Of a stretch of DNA of 64,000 nucleotides, positions 46,771 to 57,100 are shown piece after piece (the first letter of the stretch is position 1; every line of letters begins with the position of its first letter). Below the pieces are notes generated by a model that worked only from the letters and a program-made list of their open reading frames with translations, was not told the DNA's origin and did no database searches. The DNA comes from an uncultured Bacillota bacterium (lineage in GTDB: Bacteria; Sysuimicrobiota; Sysuimicrobiia; Sysuimicrobiales; Segetimicrobiaceae). Location: the NCBI GenBank assembly GCA_963804645.1, contig CAWDRG010000009.1, forward strand, positions 224,001-288,000, read 5' to 3'. A program made the translations under genes and the position numbers.

Positions 46771-48275
46771 TGCGGGCCGCCAAGGGGGCTGCGCTGCGCC
46801 GGGCGACGATCGCCGCGCCGATCCGGTTCGACCGCTCGCTCTTCCGCGTCCAGGGCACCGCGCGGCTGCGCGCCGCGGCCGCCCGCATCTTGGGGCGGGC
46901 GCTCGAGGCGGCCGACCCCTACGCCGCGACACGGCGGCATCTCCGGCTCGCGGGCGACCGACTGTTGGTCGCGGGACGACCGTTCTCGATTCCGCGCGGC
47001 GCCCGCGTGGTCGTCGTGGGAGTGGGCAAGGCCGGTGCGCCGATGGCGCGGGCCGTCGAGGACGTGCTCGGCAGCCGCATCACGTCGGGCGTGGTCACGG
47101 TCAAGCGGGGCTACACGCTGCCGCTTCGCCGCATTGTGCTGCGGGAAGCCGGGCATCCGGTGCCGGACGCCGCCGGCGAAGCCGCCGCGCGGGAGATGAT
47201 GGACGCGGTGCGCGATCTGCGGCCGCGCGATCTCGTGCTCTGCCTGATCTCGGGGGGAGGATCGGCGCTGCTGCCGCTGGCCCGGCCCGGCGTCGCGCTG
47301 GACGAGGTGGTGCGCACGACGGAGCTGCTCCTCCGGTCCGGCGCCACGATCCGCGAGATGAACACCGTCCGCAAGCACCTGTCGGCGATCGCGGGCGGCC
47401 AGCTGGCCCGCGCCGTCTCGCCGGCGCGCCTGGTCACGCTCATCGTGTCGGACGTCGTCGGGACCCCGCTCGACGTCGTCGCCTCCGGGCCCACCGTGCC
47501 CGATCCCACGACCTATGCCGATGCGCTGCGCGTCCTGGACGCATACGATCTCGCGTCCCGCGTCCCGGCCGCGGTGCGCCGCACGCTGCGCCGCGGCGTC
47601 CGGAGCGCGCTGCCGGAGACGCCCAAGCCCGGCGATGCCGCGTTTCGCTCCGCGCACGTGGTGGTCGTCGCGGACAATGCCGCCGCGGCGCGCGCGGCGG
47701 TCTCCGAGGCGCGGCGCCTGGGCTTCCGCGCGCGGCTCCTGTCCACTTATATAGAAGGCGAGGCGCGCGCGATCGGTCGGACCCTCGGCGGCATCGCCCG
47801 GCAGATGGCAGAAACGGGCGATCCGATCGGCCGACCGGCCTGCCTCGTGGCCGGGGGCGAGACGACGGTCACGATGCGGGGATCCGGAAAGGGCGGCCGC
47901 AATCAGGAGCTGGCGCTCGCCGGGGCGCTGTCGCTCGAGGACGTGCCGCACGCGCTGCTGGTCAGCTTTGCGACCGACGGCGGCGACGGGCCGACCGACG
48001 CGGCCGGGGGCGTCGCCGATGGGACGACCCTCAGGCGCGCACGCGCACAGGGACTTGACCCGATGCGGCACCTCAACGACAACAACGCGTATCCGCTGCT
48101 CGCGGCCGTCGGCGATCTGATCCGTACCGGCCCGACCAATACGAACGTCGCGGACCTGATGCTCGTCCTGTGCGGAGGGCCCGGGAGCGCCGCGCCGCGT
48201 CACGCCTCCGCGGCGCGCGGCCGTGGGGCTCGGGGAGGACCGCTTCGAGCACCCGGCGAACAACGTCGCCCGTGA
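46767..48275 (+). CDS. Glycerate 2-kinase (MOFRL/TtuD family)
   Basis: GKAG, GHPVPD, LISGGGSAL, SDVVG, SGPT, GGETTV, GGRNQE and TGPTNTNVAD motifs. Confidence 0.93.
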   Translation: MMRAAKGAALRRATIAAPIRFDRSLFRVQGTARLRAAAARILGRALEAADPYAATRRHLRLAGDRLLVAGRPFSIPRGARVVVVGVGKAGAPMARAVEDVLGSRITSGVVTVKRGYTLPLRRIVLREAGHPVPDAAGEAAAREMMDAVRDLRPRDLVLCLISGGGSALLPLARPGVALDEVVRTTELLLRSGATIREMNTVRKHLSAIAGGQLARAVSPARLVTLIVSDVVGTPLDVVASGPTVPDPTTYADALRVLDAYDLASRVPAAVRRTLRRGVRSALPETPKPGDAAFRSAHVVVVADNAAAARAAVSEARRLGFRARLLSTYIEGEARAIGRTLGGIARQMAETGDPIGRPACLVAGGETTVTMRGSGKGGRNQELALAGALSLEDVPHALLVSFATDGGDGPTDAAGGVADGTTLRRARAQGLDPMRHLNDNNAYPLLAAVGDLIRTGPTNTNVADLMLVLCGGPGSAAPRHASAARGRGARGGPLRAPGEQRRP

Positions 48276-48724
48276 CCCCCGACGCCACGGACAGCGCGCG
48301 CGACGGTTCGGACAGCCCCTCCCAAGTCGTACGCAGGACGGTACGCAGCGCCGGCGCGGCCGCGGTGGGACTGCTCTTCACCGTCGCCGTCGCCGCGAGC
48401 GGTCACACGTCGCAGTTTTGGAGCTCGCCGCCACCCGTCCAACCCCTTCGCGTGATCCAGACCCACCTCGTCGACGACGCGCTCGATCCGTCCGTCGTCG
48501 TGCTCGACCCGGGCCCGATCCGGTTCGAGATCACCAACGACTCCCAGGATGCGCAGTGCTTCGTGATCCACGGGCCCGGCACGTTCGCCCGCACGGCCGC
48601 CCTGCCCGCCGGCGGAAGGGCCACGCTGGACATCACCCTGGGGCACGCGGGCGCGTATGAGCTCGAATCGATGTCGCCCTCCGGCGGCGTGACGTCGCGC
48701 GGGGACCTCGAGGTACGCCGGTGA
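48272..48724 (+). CDS. Membrane-anchored cupredoxin-like fold protein
   Basis: GTGA coupling at both ends. TM segment, then LDPSVVV..PG.IRFEITN..., LPAGGRATL..TL..AGAY pattern. Type-1 copper ligands are not evident. Confidence 0.55.
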   Translation: MTPDATDSARDGSDSPSQVVRRTVRSAGAAAVGLLFTVAVAASGHTSQFWSSPPPVQPLRVIQTHLVDDALDPSVVVLDPGPIRFEITNDSQDAQCFVIHGPGTFARTAALPAGGRATLDITLGHAGAYELESMSPSGGVTSRGDLEVRR

Positions 48725-50205
48725 CGGCGCCGTGCCGCGTGTGCGTGTGCACGCCGGAGGCGGTCCCGTACGTCAAGACCGGCGGGCTCGCCGACGTCTC
48801 GGGGGCGCTGCCACGCGCGCTCGCCGACCTGGGGTGCGATGTCCGAATCGTGCTCCCCGGGTACCGGGCGATCGACCGCGCCGCGTTTCACTTCCGCCCG
48901 ATCGGTGGGGGAGAGATCCCGCTCGGAGCGTCCCACACCGAGGTGCGGTGGCTGGAGAGCCGGCTTCCCGGGACGGCGATCCCGGTCTACCTCGTCGAGG
49001 AGGACGCGGCGTTCGACCGGCCGGGCCTCTACGGCGACGGGGACGTCGACTACCCGGACAACCTCAGGAGGTTTACCGCGTTCGGCCGGGGCGCGCTGGC
49101 GCTCCTCCGGCACCTCGGCTGGGGCCCCGACGTCCTGCACTGCCAGGACTGGCAGACCGCGCTGCTGCCGGTCTGGCTCCGCGTCGAGCCGCGCGACCGG
49201 GTGCTCGCGGGCACCGCCACGCTGCTCACCATCCACAATCTCGCCTATCAGGGAGTGTTCCCGCGCGACGCACTTCCGGTGACGGGACTCCCGTGGGAGT
49301 TCTTCACGCCCGGGGGCATCGAATTTTTCGGACTCGTCAATCTCCTCAAGGGCGGCTTGATCTGCGCCGATCTCCTCAGCACCGTCAGCGAGCAGTACGC
49401 CCGGGAGATCCAGACCGAAGAGTTCGGCTGCGGCCTCGACGGGGTCGTCCGGAACCGCGCCAGGGATCTCGTCGGCATCCTGAACGGCGTGGACTACTCG
49501 GTGTGGGATCCGTCGCACGACGCGTTCATCCCGGCGCGCTACACGCGCGAGGATCTGGCCGGCAAGACGGTGTGCAAGACGCACCTGCAGCGCACGCGGG
49601 GGCTGCGGGTGGATCCGGATGCCCCCCTGCTCGGCGTGATCTCGCGGCTGGTCGACCAGAAGGGTCTGGACCTCGTGGCCGCGGTCGCGGACGCGCTCCT
49701 CGGCCTCGGCGCGCAACTCTCGGTCCTCGGCCTCGGCGATCCCAGGTATCATGCGCTCTTCGAGGAACTCCACCAACGCCACCCGGACCGGGCGGCGTTC
49801 CAGCTCGGGTACGACGATGCGCTCGCCCACCAGATCGAGGCCGGCGCCGACATATACCTGATGCCGTCCCGGTTCGAGCCGTCCGGCCTGAGCCAGCTGT
49901 ACAGCCTGCGGTACGGGACGGTCCCGGTGGTCCGCCGGACCGGGGGGCTCGCGGACACGATTGTGGACGCGACCCCCGACGCCGTGGCCCGAGACGCGGC
50001 CAACGGCTTCGTGTTCGACGCCTACACGCCGGACGCGTTCCTGGACGCGGCGAAGCGGGCGATCTTCGCCTGGCGCGAGCCTCCCCTGTGGCGGCGGCTG
50101 CAGTCCGTCGGGATGGGCCAGGATTTCTCATGGGGACGCGCCGCCGCCCGGTACCTCGACGCCTACCAGCGCGCGATCGCGGCGCGGCGCGCGGCCGTGC
50201 ACTAG
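48721..50205 (+). CDS. glgA: Glycogen/starch synthase
   Basis: KTGGLADV, HCQDWQT, TIHNLAYQG, GILNGVD and MPSRFEP motifs. Confidence 0.96.
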   Translation: MTAPCRVCVCTPEAVPYVKTGGLADVSGALPRALADLGCDVRIVLPGYRAIDRAAFHFRPIGGGEIPLGASHTEVRWLESRLPGTAIPVYLVEEDAAFDRPGLYGDGDVDYPDNLRRFTAFGRGALALLRHLGWGPDVLHCQDWQTALLPVWLRVEPRDRVLAGTATLLTIHNLAYQGVFPRDALPVTGLPWEFFTPGGIEFFGLVNLLKGGLICADLLSTVSEQYAREIQTEEFGCGLDGVVRNRARDLVGILNGVDYSVWDPSHDAFIPARYTREDLAGKTVCKTHLQRTRGLRVDPDAPLLGVISRLVDQKGLDLVAAVADALLGLGAQLSVLGLGDPRYHALFEELHQRHPDRAAFQLGYDDALAHQIEAGADIYLMPSRFEPSGLSQLYSLRYGTVPVVRRTGGLADTIVDATPDAVARDAANGFVFDAYTPDAFLDAAKRAIFAWREPPLWRRLQSVGMGQDFSWGRAAARYLDAYQRAIAARRAAVH

Positions 50206-50255
50206 ACGCGGTCGAGACGCGCGCCGCGCACAACCGGCTCAACGGAGGGGGCACC

Positions 50256-51287
50256 ATGCCAGAGCTTCGCAAGGACGCGATCGAGCGCCGGTGGGTGATC
50301 ATCGCCACCGAGCGCGCCATGCGTCCGACGGACTTCGCTCCGGCCCCGCCGGAGCCGGACACGTCGGCGATGTGCCCGTTCTGCGAGGGGCGGGAATCCG
50401 CGACGCCGCCGGAAATCTCGGCGGTGCGCCGGCCCGACACGCAGCGCAACGGGCCGGGCTGGCAGGTCCGCGTCGTCCCGAACAAGTTTCCGGCGCTGCG
50501 CATCGAAGGATCGACGGACGTCGTCACCTCCGGGATGTTCGAGTCCATGGGCGGCGTCGGCGCGCATGAGGTCATCATCGAGACGCCGCAGCACCGCACG
50601 CATGCCGGGGTGATGTCGCCGGGCCAGCTCGCCTCGGTGTTCTGGATGTACCGCGAGCGCTACCAGGACCTCCAGCGCGACCCGCGGTTCAAGTACCTGC
50701 TGCTGTTTCGCAACCACGGCCGGCCCGCCGGTGCCTCGCTGACGCACCCGCACTCGCAGCTGATCGCGCTCCCGATCGTGCCCAAGCGCGCCACCGAGGA
50801 GCTGGAAGGCGCGCAGCAGCATTTTGCCCGCGAGGGCCGCTGCGTGTACTGCGACGTCCTGCAGCAGGAGCAGGCGGAGCGCACGCGCGTGGTCTGGGAG
50901 AACGATGAGTTTGTCGCGTTCGTGCCCTACGCGGCGTGGACCCCCTTCGAGATGTGCATCCTGCCGAAGCGCCATGAGGCGAGCTTCGGCGCGCTCGCGG
51001 ACAGCCAGCTGCTCCCGCTCGGCGAGGTGATGCAGCAGGCGCTCGGACGGCTCTACACCTGCCTCCAGAACCCCCCCTACAACTACATCGTGCACAGCGC
51101 GCCGTACGAGGGCAGGGTCGGACACTACTACCACTGGCACATCGAAATCATGCCGCGGCTCTCCCAAGTCGCCGGCTTTGAATGGGGGTCCGGGTTTTAC
51201 ATCAATACCGTCCCCCCCGAGGACGCCGCGCGGTATCTCCGGGACGTAACGGCTGCGTTTGCCCCGCAGGAAGCGCCCACCAGATAG
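50256..51287 (+). CDS. galT: GalT-family nucleotidylyltransferase
   Basis: MPELRKD, CPFCEG, VPNKFPAL, GAHEVIIETP, GASLTHPHSQ and GFEWGSG motifs. Confidence 0.88.
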   Translation: MPELRKDAIERRWVIIATERAMRPTDFAPAPPEPDTSAMCPFCEGRESATPPEISAVRRPDTQRNGPGWQVRVVPNKFPALRIEGSTDVVTSGMFESMGGVGAHEVIIETPQHRTHAGVMSPGQLASVFWMYRERYQDLQRDPRFKYLLLFRNHGRPAGASLTHPHSQLIALPIVPKRATEELEGAQQHFAREGRCVYCDVLQQEQAERTRVVWENDEFVAFVPYAAWTPFEMCILPKRHEASFGALADSQLLPLGEVMQQALGRLYTCLQNPPYNYIVHSAPYEGRVGHYYHWHIEIMPRLSQVAGFEWGSGFYINTVPPEDAARYLRDVTAAFAPQEAPTR

Positions 51288-51401
51288 CGAACCCCTCCTC
51301 CTACCCACGGCGTCGCTCGACGCCGGCGGCGCGGGCTGCGGCGCGTCCGCAGCATCGGCCCGACGTGGGCCGCGCGTGTCGAACACTCGAACAGAGGAGG
51401 G

Positions 51402-53006
51402 ATGCCGATGCGAATTGCACGGGGCGTCTGGTGGGGCGCCTGCACCCTGCTCTTGGTCGCGGTACTCGCCGGCGCGGGGATGGTCACCGCGGCGACCATG
51501 GGCGGGACCTTGACGATCGGGCTCGACCAGGAACCCCCGACGCTCGATCCCGAGGCGTCGCCGTCGGCGTCGACGTTCCAGATCATCCCGGACGTCACGG
51601 AAAGCCTGCTGTACCAGGGCGTGGACGGCAAGATCGTGCCGTGGCTCGCCACAGGGTACACGGTCTCTCCCGACGGGAAGTCGTTCACGTTCACGCTGCG
51701 CAACGACGTCAAGTTCACCGACGGGACGCCGTTCAACGCGGATGCGGTCAAGTGGAACTTCGACCGCATCGTGAACCCCAACTATAAGGCGGGCGGCTCC
51801 CTCGGCACGGTCGTGGGATACGTCGGCACGACGGTCGTCAACGACACCACGGTGCGCATCGACTTCAAGGATGCCAACGCGCCGTTCCTCGCGTACGTGG
51901 CCGGCGGCAACGACGCGATGGTGTCGCCGAAGGCGACCCAGGCTCAGCCGAACGACGTCAACCTGAAGCCGGTCGGGACCGGTCAGTTCATCATCTCCGA
52001 GTACGTCGCCAAAGACCATGTGACGCTCGTCAAGAACGCGGCGTACAACCGCCGCGCCCCGTGGAGCGATCACCAGGGCGCGCCGTACGTCGACCGGGTC
52101 ATCTGGAAGTTCATCCCCGAGGCGAGCACGCGCGTGACCACGGTCCAGTCGGGCGAGACGCAGATGATCAGCACGCTGCAGGTGCCGGCGGCCACGCTCG
52201 CCAGCCTGCGGGCCGACAAGACCATGCGCGTCGACAGCGTCCCGTACCCCGGCGCGCCCGAGATCTGGATGCTGAACGTGAAGCTCGCGCCGACCAACGA
52301 CCTCAAAGTCCGGCAGGCGATCAACTACGGCGTCAGCCGGGAAGCGTTCGTCGAATCCCTGTTCAAGGGGCTCGGCACGGCGGCGTGCGCGCCCCTGACC
52401 CTGCACACCCTGAACGATCCGGCGCTGTGCCAGGCGTATCCGTACGACCCGAAGAAAGCGGCCCAGATCCTCGACGAAGACGGCTGGACGATGGGGCCGA
52501 ACAACATCCGCATGAAGGGCGGCAAGCCGCTCACGCTCATCATCAACTCGATCAACTACGGCAACGGGAACGCCCCCGAGGCGGAGCTGCTGCAGGGGCA
52601 GCTGCTGTCGCTCGGGATCGACGCGCAGCTGAAGAACCAGGCGCGGCCGCCGTGGTACGAGGACAACTACCACTGTGCGACCAACGGGCCGATTCTGTTC
52701 CTGCGCAGCGTGGATCCCGACGGGCTGTATTTCCTGTTCCACTCGTCGAACATCGGCGGGAACTTCAACTGGGCGTGCTACTCGAACTCCGACATCGACA
52801 AGATGCTCGTCGACGGCCGGACGACCTCCGATCCGGCGAAGCGGCGGGCGATCTACGACAAGATCGAGCACATGCTCGTGGACCAGGCGGTGTCGGTCCC
52901 GCTCGTGGACCAGCTGTCGGTCTGGGTCGTCCGGGCCAACGTCACCGGCACCAAGTACAACTACTCGGCGTACCCCATCATGACCGACGTTCAGATCGGG
53001 AAATAG
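51402..53006 (+). CDS. ABC substrate-binding protein, family 5
   Basis: Signal peptide, GGTLTIG, FTDGTPFNADAVK, PVGTG and VRQAINY motifs. Confidence 0.93.
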   Translation: MPMRIARGVWWGACTLLLVAVLAGAGMVTAATMGGTLTIGLDQEPPTLDPEASPSASTFQIIPDVTESLLYQGVDGKIVPWLATGYTVSPDGKSFTFTLRNDVKFTDGTPFNADAVKWNFDRIVNPNYKAGGSLGTVVGYVGTTVVNDTTVRIDFKDANAPFLAYVAGGNDAMVSPKATQAQPNDVNLKPVGTGQFIISEYVAKDHVTLVKNAAYNRRAPWSDHQGAPYVDRVIWKFIPEASTRVTTVQSGETQMISTLQVPAATLASLRADKTMRVDSVPYPGAPEIWMLNVKLAPTNDLKVRQAINYGVSREAFVESLFKGLGTAACAPLTLHTLNDPALCQAYPYDPKKAAQILDEDGWTMGPNNIRMKGGKPLTLIINSINYGNGNAPEAELLQGQLLSLGIDAQLKNQARPPWYEDNYHCATNGPILFLRSVDPDGLYFLFHSSNIGGNFNWACYSNSDIDKMLVDGRTTSDPAKRRAIYDKIEHMLVDQAVSVPLVDQLSVWVVRANVTGTKYNYSAYPIMTDVQIGK

Positions 53007-53014
53007 ACGCGTAG

Positions 53015-53042
53015 GCGGGGCCGGCCCGCGGGCCGGCCCCGC
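53015..53042 (+). terminator. GC hairpin after the SBP gene (attenuator or mRNA stabiliser)
   Basis: Inverted repeat gcggggccggcccgcgggccggccccgc between the SBP and permease genes. No U-tract. Confidence 0.5.
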
Positions 53043-53057
53043 CCTCCTCCGCCCTCC

Positions 53058-54002
53058 GTGCTCCGCTTCCTCTCGGCCCGGCTGCTCGCGACGATCCCGG
53101 TGGTGTTTGGCGTGACGGTGGCCGTGTTTTCGATGCTGTACCTGATCCCGGGCGATCCGGTCAAGATGATGTTGAGCGAGTTTCAGTCGACGCCCGAACA
53201 GATCGCCCACATGCGGGCGCAGCTCCACCTGGACGACCCGCCCTGGGTCCAGTACGGCCGCTTCGTGTGGAACGGCCTCCACGGGGACCTCGGAATGTCC
53301 ATCCGCGACGACCGCCCGGTCACCCAGGAGATCGAAGAGGTCTTTCCCTCGACGGTCGTGCTCGCGGTGGCCGCCCTCGCGATCTCGGCGACGTTGGGCG
53401 TGACGCTCGGCATCATCGCCGCGCTCCGCCAGAACACGTGGGCGGACGTCACCACGATGATGCTGGCGACCCTCGGCATCTCGATGCCCTCGTTCTGGCT
53501 CGCGCTGATGCTGATCTTCATCTTTTCGCTCTACTTCGGCCTCCTGCCGGCGGCCGGCGGCGGCGAGCCCGGCCAGATCGGCGACATCCTCGCCCATCTC
53601 ATCATGCCCGCGGTGGCCCTCGGGGTCGGCGCGGCGGCGATCATCGCCCGGCTGACGCGCTCGAGCATGCTGGACGTGCTGCGCCTCGAGTACATGAACA
53701 CCGCGCGGGCGAAGGGCCTCAACGGCGCGACGGTCGTGCTGCGCCACGGACTGCAGAACGCGCTCATCCCGATCATCACGATCTTCGGGCTGCAGTTCGG
53801 CGCGCTGCTCGCCGGCACGGTGTTCATCGAGACGGTGTTCGGGCGGCCGGGACTCGGCCGGCTCGTCGTCAACGCGATCTTGAACAAGGACTTCCCGCTG
53901 GTGCAGGGCGGCGTGCTGGTCTTTGCCATCGGGTACGTCTTCGTCAACCTGCTGGTGGATCTCGTCTACGCCGTCGTCGATCCGAGAATCCGCTATGGCT
54001 GA
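53058..54002 (+). CDS. DppB/OppB-type ABC permease
   Basis: IPGDP, GDLG, ISMPSFW, TARAKGL and VDPRIRY motifs. Confidence 0.93.
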   Translation: MLRFLSARLLATIPVVFGVTVAVFSMLYLIPGDPVKMMLSEFQSTPEQIAHMRAQLHLDDPPWVQYGRFVWNGLHGDLGMSIRDDRPVTQEIEEVFPSTVVLAVAALAISATLGVTLGIIAALRQNTWADVTTMMLATLGISMPSFWLALMLIFIFSLYFGLLPAAGGGEPGQIGDILAHLIMPAVALGVGAAAIIARLTRSSMLDVLRLEYMNTARAKGLNGATVVLRHGLQNALIPIITIFGLQFGALLAGTVFIETVFGRPGLGRLVVNAILNKDFPLVQGGVLVFAIGYVFVNLLVDLVYAVVDPRIRYG

Positions 54003-54882
54003 CGCGCTCGCCGCCGCGGCGCCCGCCGCCCGCACCCGCACGCGGACGCGCTGGCAGATGCTCGCCCCGCGCATCCGCCGGCACAGAGGCCTGCTGCTCG
54101 GCGCGGGCATCCTCGTGTGCCTGTCCGCCATCGCGCTGGCGCAGAACACGGTCGCCCCGCAGAACCCGATCAAGATCGACATCACCCAGGCGCTGCAGCC
54201 GCCGAACCGGGCGCACGTCATGGGGACCGACGCGTTCGGCCGGGACGTCTTCAGCCGCGTGGTGCACGGCGCGCGCATCTCGCTCACGGTCGGCGCGATC
54301 TCGGTCGTGATCGCCGCGACCGTGGGCACCACCGTCGGGCTCGTGGCCGGCTACGCGGGAGGGAGCGTCGACGCCGTCGCCATGCGGATCATCGACGTCC
54401 TGCTGGCGTTCCCCGGCGTGCTGCTCGCGCTCGGCATCGTGAGCGTGCTCGGTCCAAACCTCCAAAACCTGATGATCGCGGTCGGCGTCTCGGGGATCCC
54501 GGTGTACGCGCGGCTCGTGCGCAGCACGGTGCTCGTCGCGAAAGAGCAGCTGTACGTGGAGGCGGCGCGGGTGATCGGCGTGCCGATCCCGGTGATCCTG
54601 GCCCGCCACATCCTCCCGAACGTGGGCGCGCCGATCATCGTCGCCGCCTCGCTCGGCATGGGGACGTCCATCCTCGCCGCGGCCGGATTATCGTTCATCG
54701 GGCTCGGCAGCACGCCGCCGACGCCCGAATGGGGCCGCATGCTGACGGAGGGGCGCGACTATCTTCGGGACGCGTGGTGGATCTCGACGTTTCCGGGCAT
54801 CGCCATCATGATCACCGTGCTCGGGGTCAATCTGCTCGGCGACGGGCTGCGGGACGTGCTGGACCCGCGCCTGCGGGTGTAA
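53995..54882 (+). CDS. DppC/OppC-type ABC permease
   Basis: GTDAFGRD, YVEAARVIG, PEWGRML and GDGLRDVLDP motifs. Confidence 0.93.
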   Translation: MADALAAAAPAARTRTRTRWQMLAPRIRRHRGLLLGAGILVCLSAIALAQNTVAPQNPIKIDITQALQPPNRAHVMGTDAFGRDVFSRVVHGARISLTVGAISVVIAATVGTTVGLVAGYAGGSVDAVAMRIIDVLLAFPGVLLALGIVSVLGPNLQNLMIAVGVSGIPVYARLVRSTVLVAKEQLYVEAARVIGVPIPVILARHILPNVGAPIIVAASLGMGTSILAAAGLSFIGLGSTPPTPEWGRMLTEGRDYLRDAWWISTFPGIAIMITVLGVNLLGDGLRDVLDPRLRV

Positions 54883-54928
54883 GCCGCGCCGGGCCGCACA
54901 GGCCGGCGGGATTCGAAGGAGGCGGGAG

Positions 54929-55690
54929 ATGCGGGACACGGTCTTGATCGAAGAGATGACCTGGCCGGAGGTCCGGGACGCGATCGCGGGCGGCAAGCGG
55001 CGCGTGATCGTGATGCTCGGCGCGATGGAGCAGCACGGCCCCCACATGCCGATCGGCGTCGACACCTACCTCGGCTACGCCACCGGGACGCGCCTCGCGC
55101 GCCGGCTCAAGGACGCGCTGGTCGCCCCGGTCGTGTCCCTCGGGTACTCCGCGGGGCATCTGCCGATGGCCGGAACCGTCAGCATCGAGGAGCCCGTCCT
55201 GGAAGCGACGATTCTGGACGTCTGCCGATCGCTCGCCCACCACGGGTTTCGCGAGATCATTCTGCTGTGCAGCCACGGCGGCAACTACCGCGCGCTCAGG
55301 AACGTCCTGCCGAAGCTGCGCGCCGAGCACGCCGCGATCCGGATCTCCGCGATCACCGACTTCGACGAGTGGCTCGAGAACACGAAGCAGTTCGCCGCGC
55401 GCGAGGGGCTGGAGATGGCGCGCCTCGGCGTGCACGCCGCGCAGGGCGAGACGTCGCTGATGCTGGCGCACCGCCCCGATCTCGTGCAGATGGACAAGGC
55501 ATGCGAGGGGTTCATCGGCGACGCGTCGATCCGCTGGAAGTCGAAGGTCCCGCCGCCGATGGACACGATGAGCCCGACGGGGATCCTGGGCGACGCCCGC
55601 CACTCCAGCGCCGAGCTCGGGGAGAAGATGTTCGCGGACCGGATCGAGCGGATCGCGAAGATGATCGAAGCGGGCGAGTTGGCGGGCTGA
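54929..55690 (+). CDS. Creatininase/creatinine amidohydrolase family protein
   Basis: EQHGPHMPIGVD, SHGGN, HAAQGETS and TGILGD motifs. Confidence 0.92.
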   Translation: MRDTVLIEEMTWPEVRDAIAGGKRRVIVMLGAMEQHGPHMPIGVDTYLGYATGTRLARRLKDALVAPVVSLGYSAGHLPMAGTVSIEEPVLEATILDVCRSLAHHGFREIILLCSHGGNYRALRNVLPKLRAEHAAIRISAITDFDEWLENTKQFAAREGLEMARLGVHAAQGETSLMLAHRPDLVQMDKACEGFIGDASIRWKSKVPPPMDTMSPTGILGDARHSSAELGEKMFADRIERIAKMIEAGELAG

Positions 55691-55694
55691 GCGC

Positions 55695-56951
55695 ATGACG
55701 GCCGCCGGATCCCCGTCCCCGTGGCACGTCGTCCGCGCCTCCCGGCTGCTCGACGGCAGCGGGGCGCCCGCGGTCGCCGATCCGGTCGTGGTGATCCACG
55801 CCGGGAAGATTCACGGCGTCTACCAGGGGACCGCGCCGGCGTCGGTGCCGACCGACGCCGCGGTGGTGAATCTCCCCGGCCACACCCTGCTGCCGGGGCT
55901 GATCGACGCGCACGTCCATCTGGTCCTGCCGGGCGACGGCACGCCGTTCGAGACGACGGTGGAGGAGACCGACGGGGTGCTCGTCGCGATCGCGTACGCC
56001 AACGCCCAGCGGTCGCTCCACGCGGGCATCACGACGCTGCGCGACTGCGGCGGACGGCGGGACACGACGCTCGATCTCCGGAGGGCCCAGCGGCTCGGGT
56101 ACGCGCACCTGCCCCGCCTCCACCTGTGCGGCCGTCCGATCACCATCACGGGCGGCCACTGCTGGTACTTTGGCGGTGAGGCGGACGGTCCGGACGAGCT
56201 GCGCCACATGGTCCGCTCACTGCTGAAGGACGGCGTCGACTACATCAAGATCATGGCGACCGGCGGCGGCACCGTCGGCACGATCTCCTACCTGCCATCG
56301 TACTCGGAGGACGAGCTGCGCGCCGCGGTCCACGAGGCCCACCGGTTCGGGCGGCGGGTGGGCATCCACTCCCTGTGCGCGGACGCGACCAGGTACGTCC
56401 TCGCGGCCGGCGCGGACCAGATCGAACACTGCAACTTTCTGGCCGACGGAGCCGGCCGGCAAGCGTTCGATCCCGCGACCGCCGAGGCGGTGGCGCGGGC
56501 CGGCACGCCGGTGACGACCACGCTGTCGGTCGGCCACTACATCATCGCGGCGATGGAGCACGAGGGCCGGCGCACGGGGACGGAGCGGGCGTACGTCGAC
56601 CGCTGGCGGCGCACGTTCGAGAACAATCTGGAAAACTTCCGGAAGATGCACGCGGCCGGCGTGCGCCTCGTCGCGGGCACGGACGCGGGATGGCGGTACA
56701 CGCCGTTCGACGGCCTGGCGACCGAGGTCGCGCTGCTGCGCGAGGTCGGCCTCACGACCCCGCAGGCCATCGCCGCCGCGTCGTCGGTCGGCGCGGCCGC
56801 GATGGGCATCGGCGACGACACGGGCACCATCCGGGAGGGCCTCGCGGCCGACCTCATCGCGGTCGCCGGCGATCCCGCGTCCGACATCGAAGTGCTCCGC
56901 CGACCGGCGTTCGTCATGCGCGGGGGAGAGATCGTCCGCGCCTCCGCGTAA
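55695..56951 (+). CDS. Metal-dependent amidohydrolase
   Basis: LLPGLIDAHVH, GITTLRD, IKIMATGG, IEH, GTDAG and ADLIAVAGDP motifs. Confidence 0.92.
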   Translation: MTAAGSPSPWHVVRASRLLDGSGAPAVADPVVVIHAGKIHGVYQGTAPASVPTDAAVVNLPGHTLLPGLIDAHVHLVLPGDGTPFETTVEETDGVLVAIAYANAQRSLHAGITTLRDCGGRRDTTLDLRRAQRLGYAHLPRLHLCGRPITITGGHCWYFGGEADGPDELRHMVRSLLKDGVDYIKIMATGGGTVGTISYLPSYSEDELRAAVHEAHRFGRRVGIHSLCADATRYVLAAGADQIEHCNFLADGAGRQAFDPATAEAVARAGTPVTTTLSVGHYIIAAMEHEGRRTGTERAYVDRWRRTFENNLENFRKMHAAGVRLVAGTDAGWRYTPFDGLATEVALLREVGLTTPQAIAAASSVGAAAMGIGDDTGTIREGLAADLIAVAGDPASDIEVLRRPAFVMRGGEIVRASA

Positions 56952-57100
56952 ACCCTCGGGGAGATCCACACCCGCGCTCGCCGCTCCACGACGCCCGAAG
57001 ACAGAAACGTGACTGTCGGGCGCGCCAGGAACGCGGTACACTAGTGGGGAGAGCATACTCGGCAGGCGGCGCCGGAGTCCGGCCTGCGTGGAGCGATTCG

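Noticed and set aside
50202..54332. 1376-aa minus-strand ORF
   Set aside because: Antisense shadow of galT, SBP and permease genes. It is Arg-rich, has no motifs, and is expected from GC-rich codon bias.
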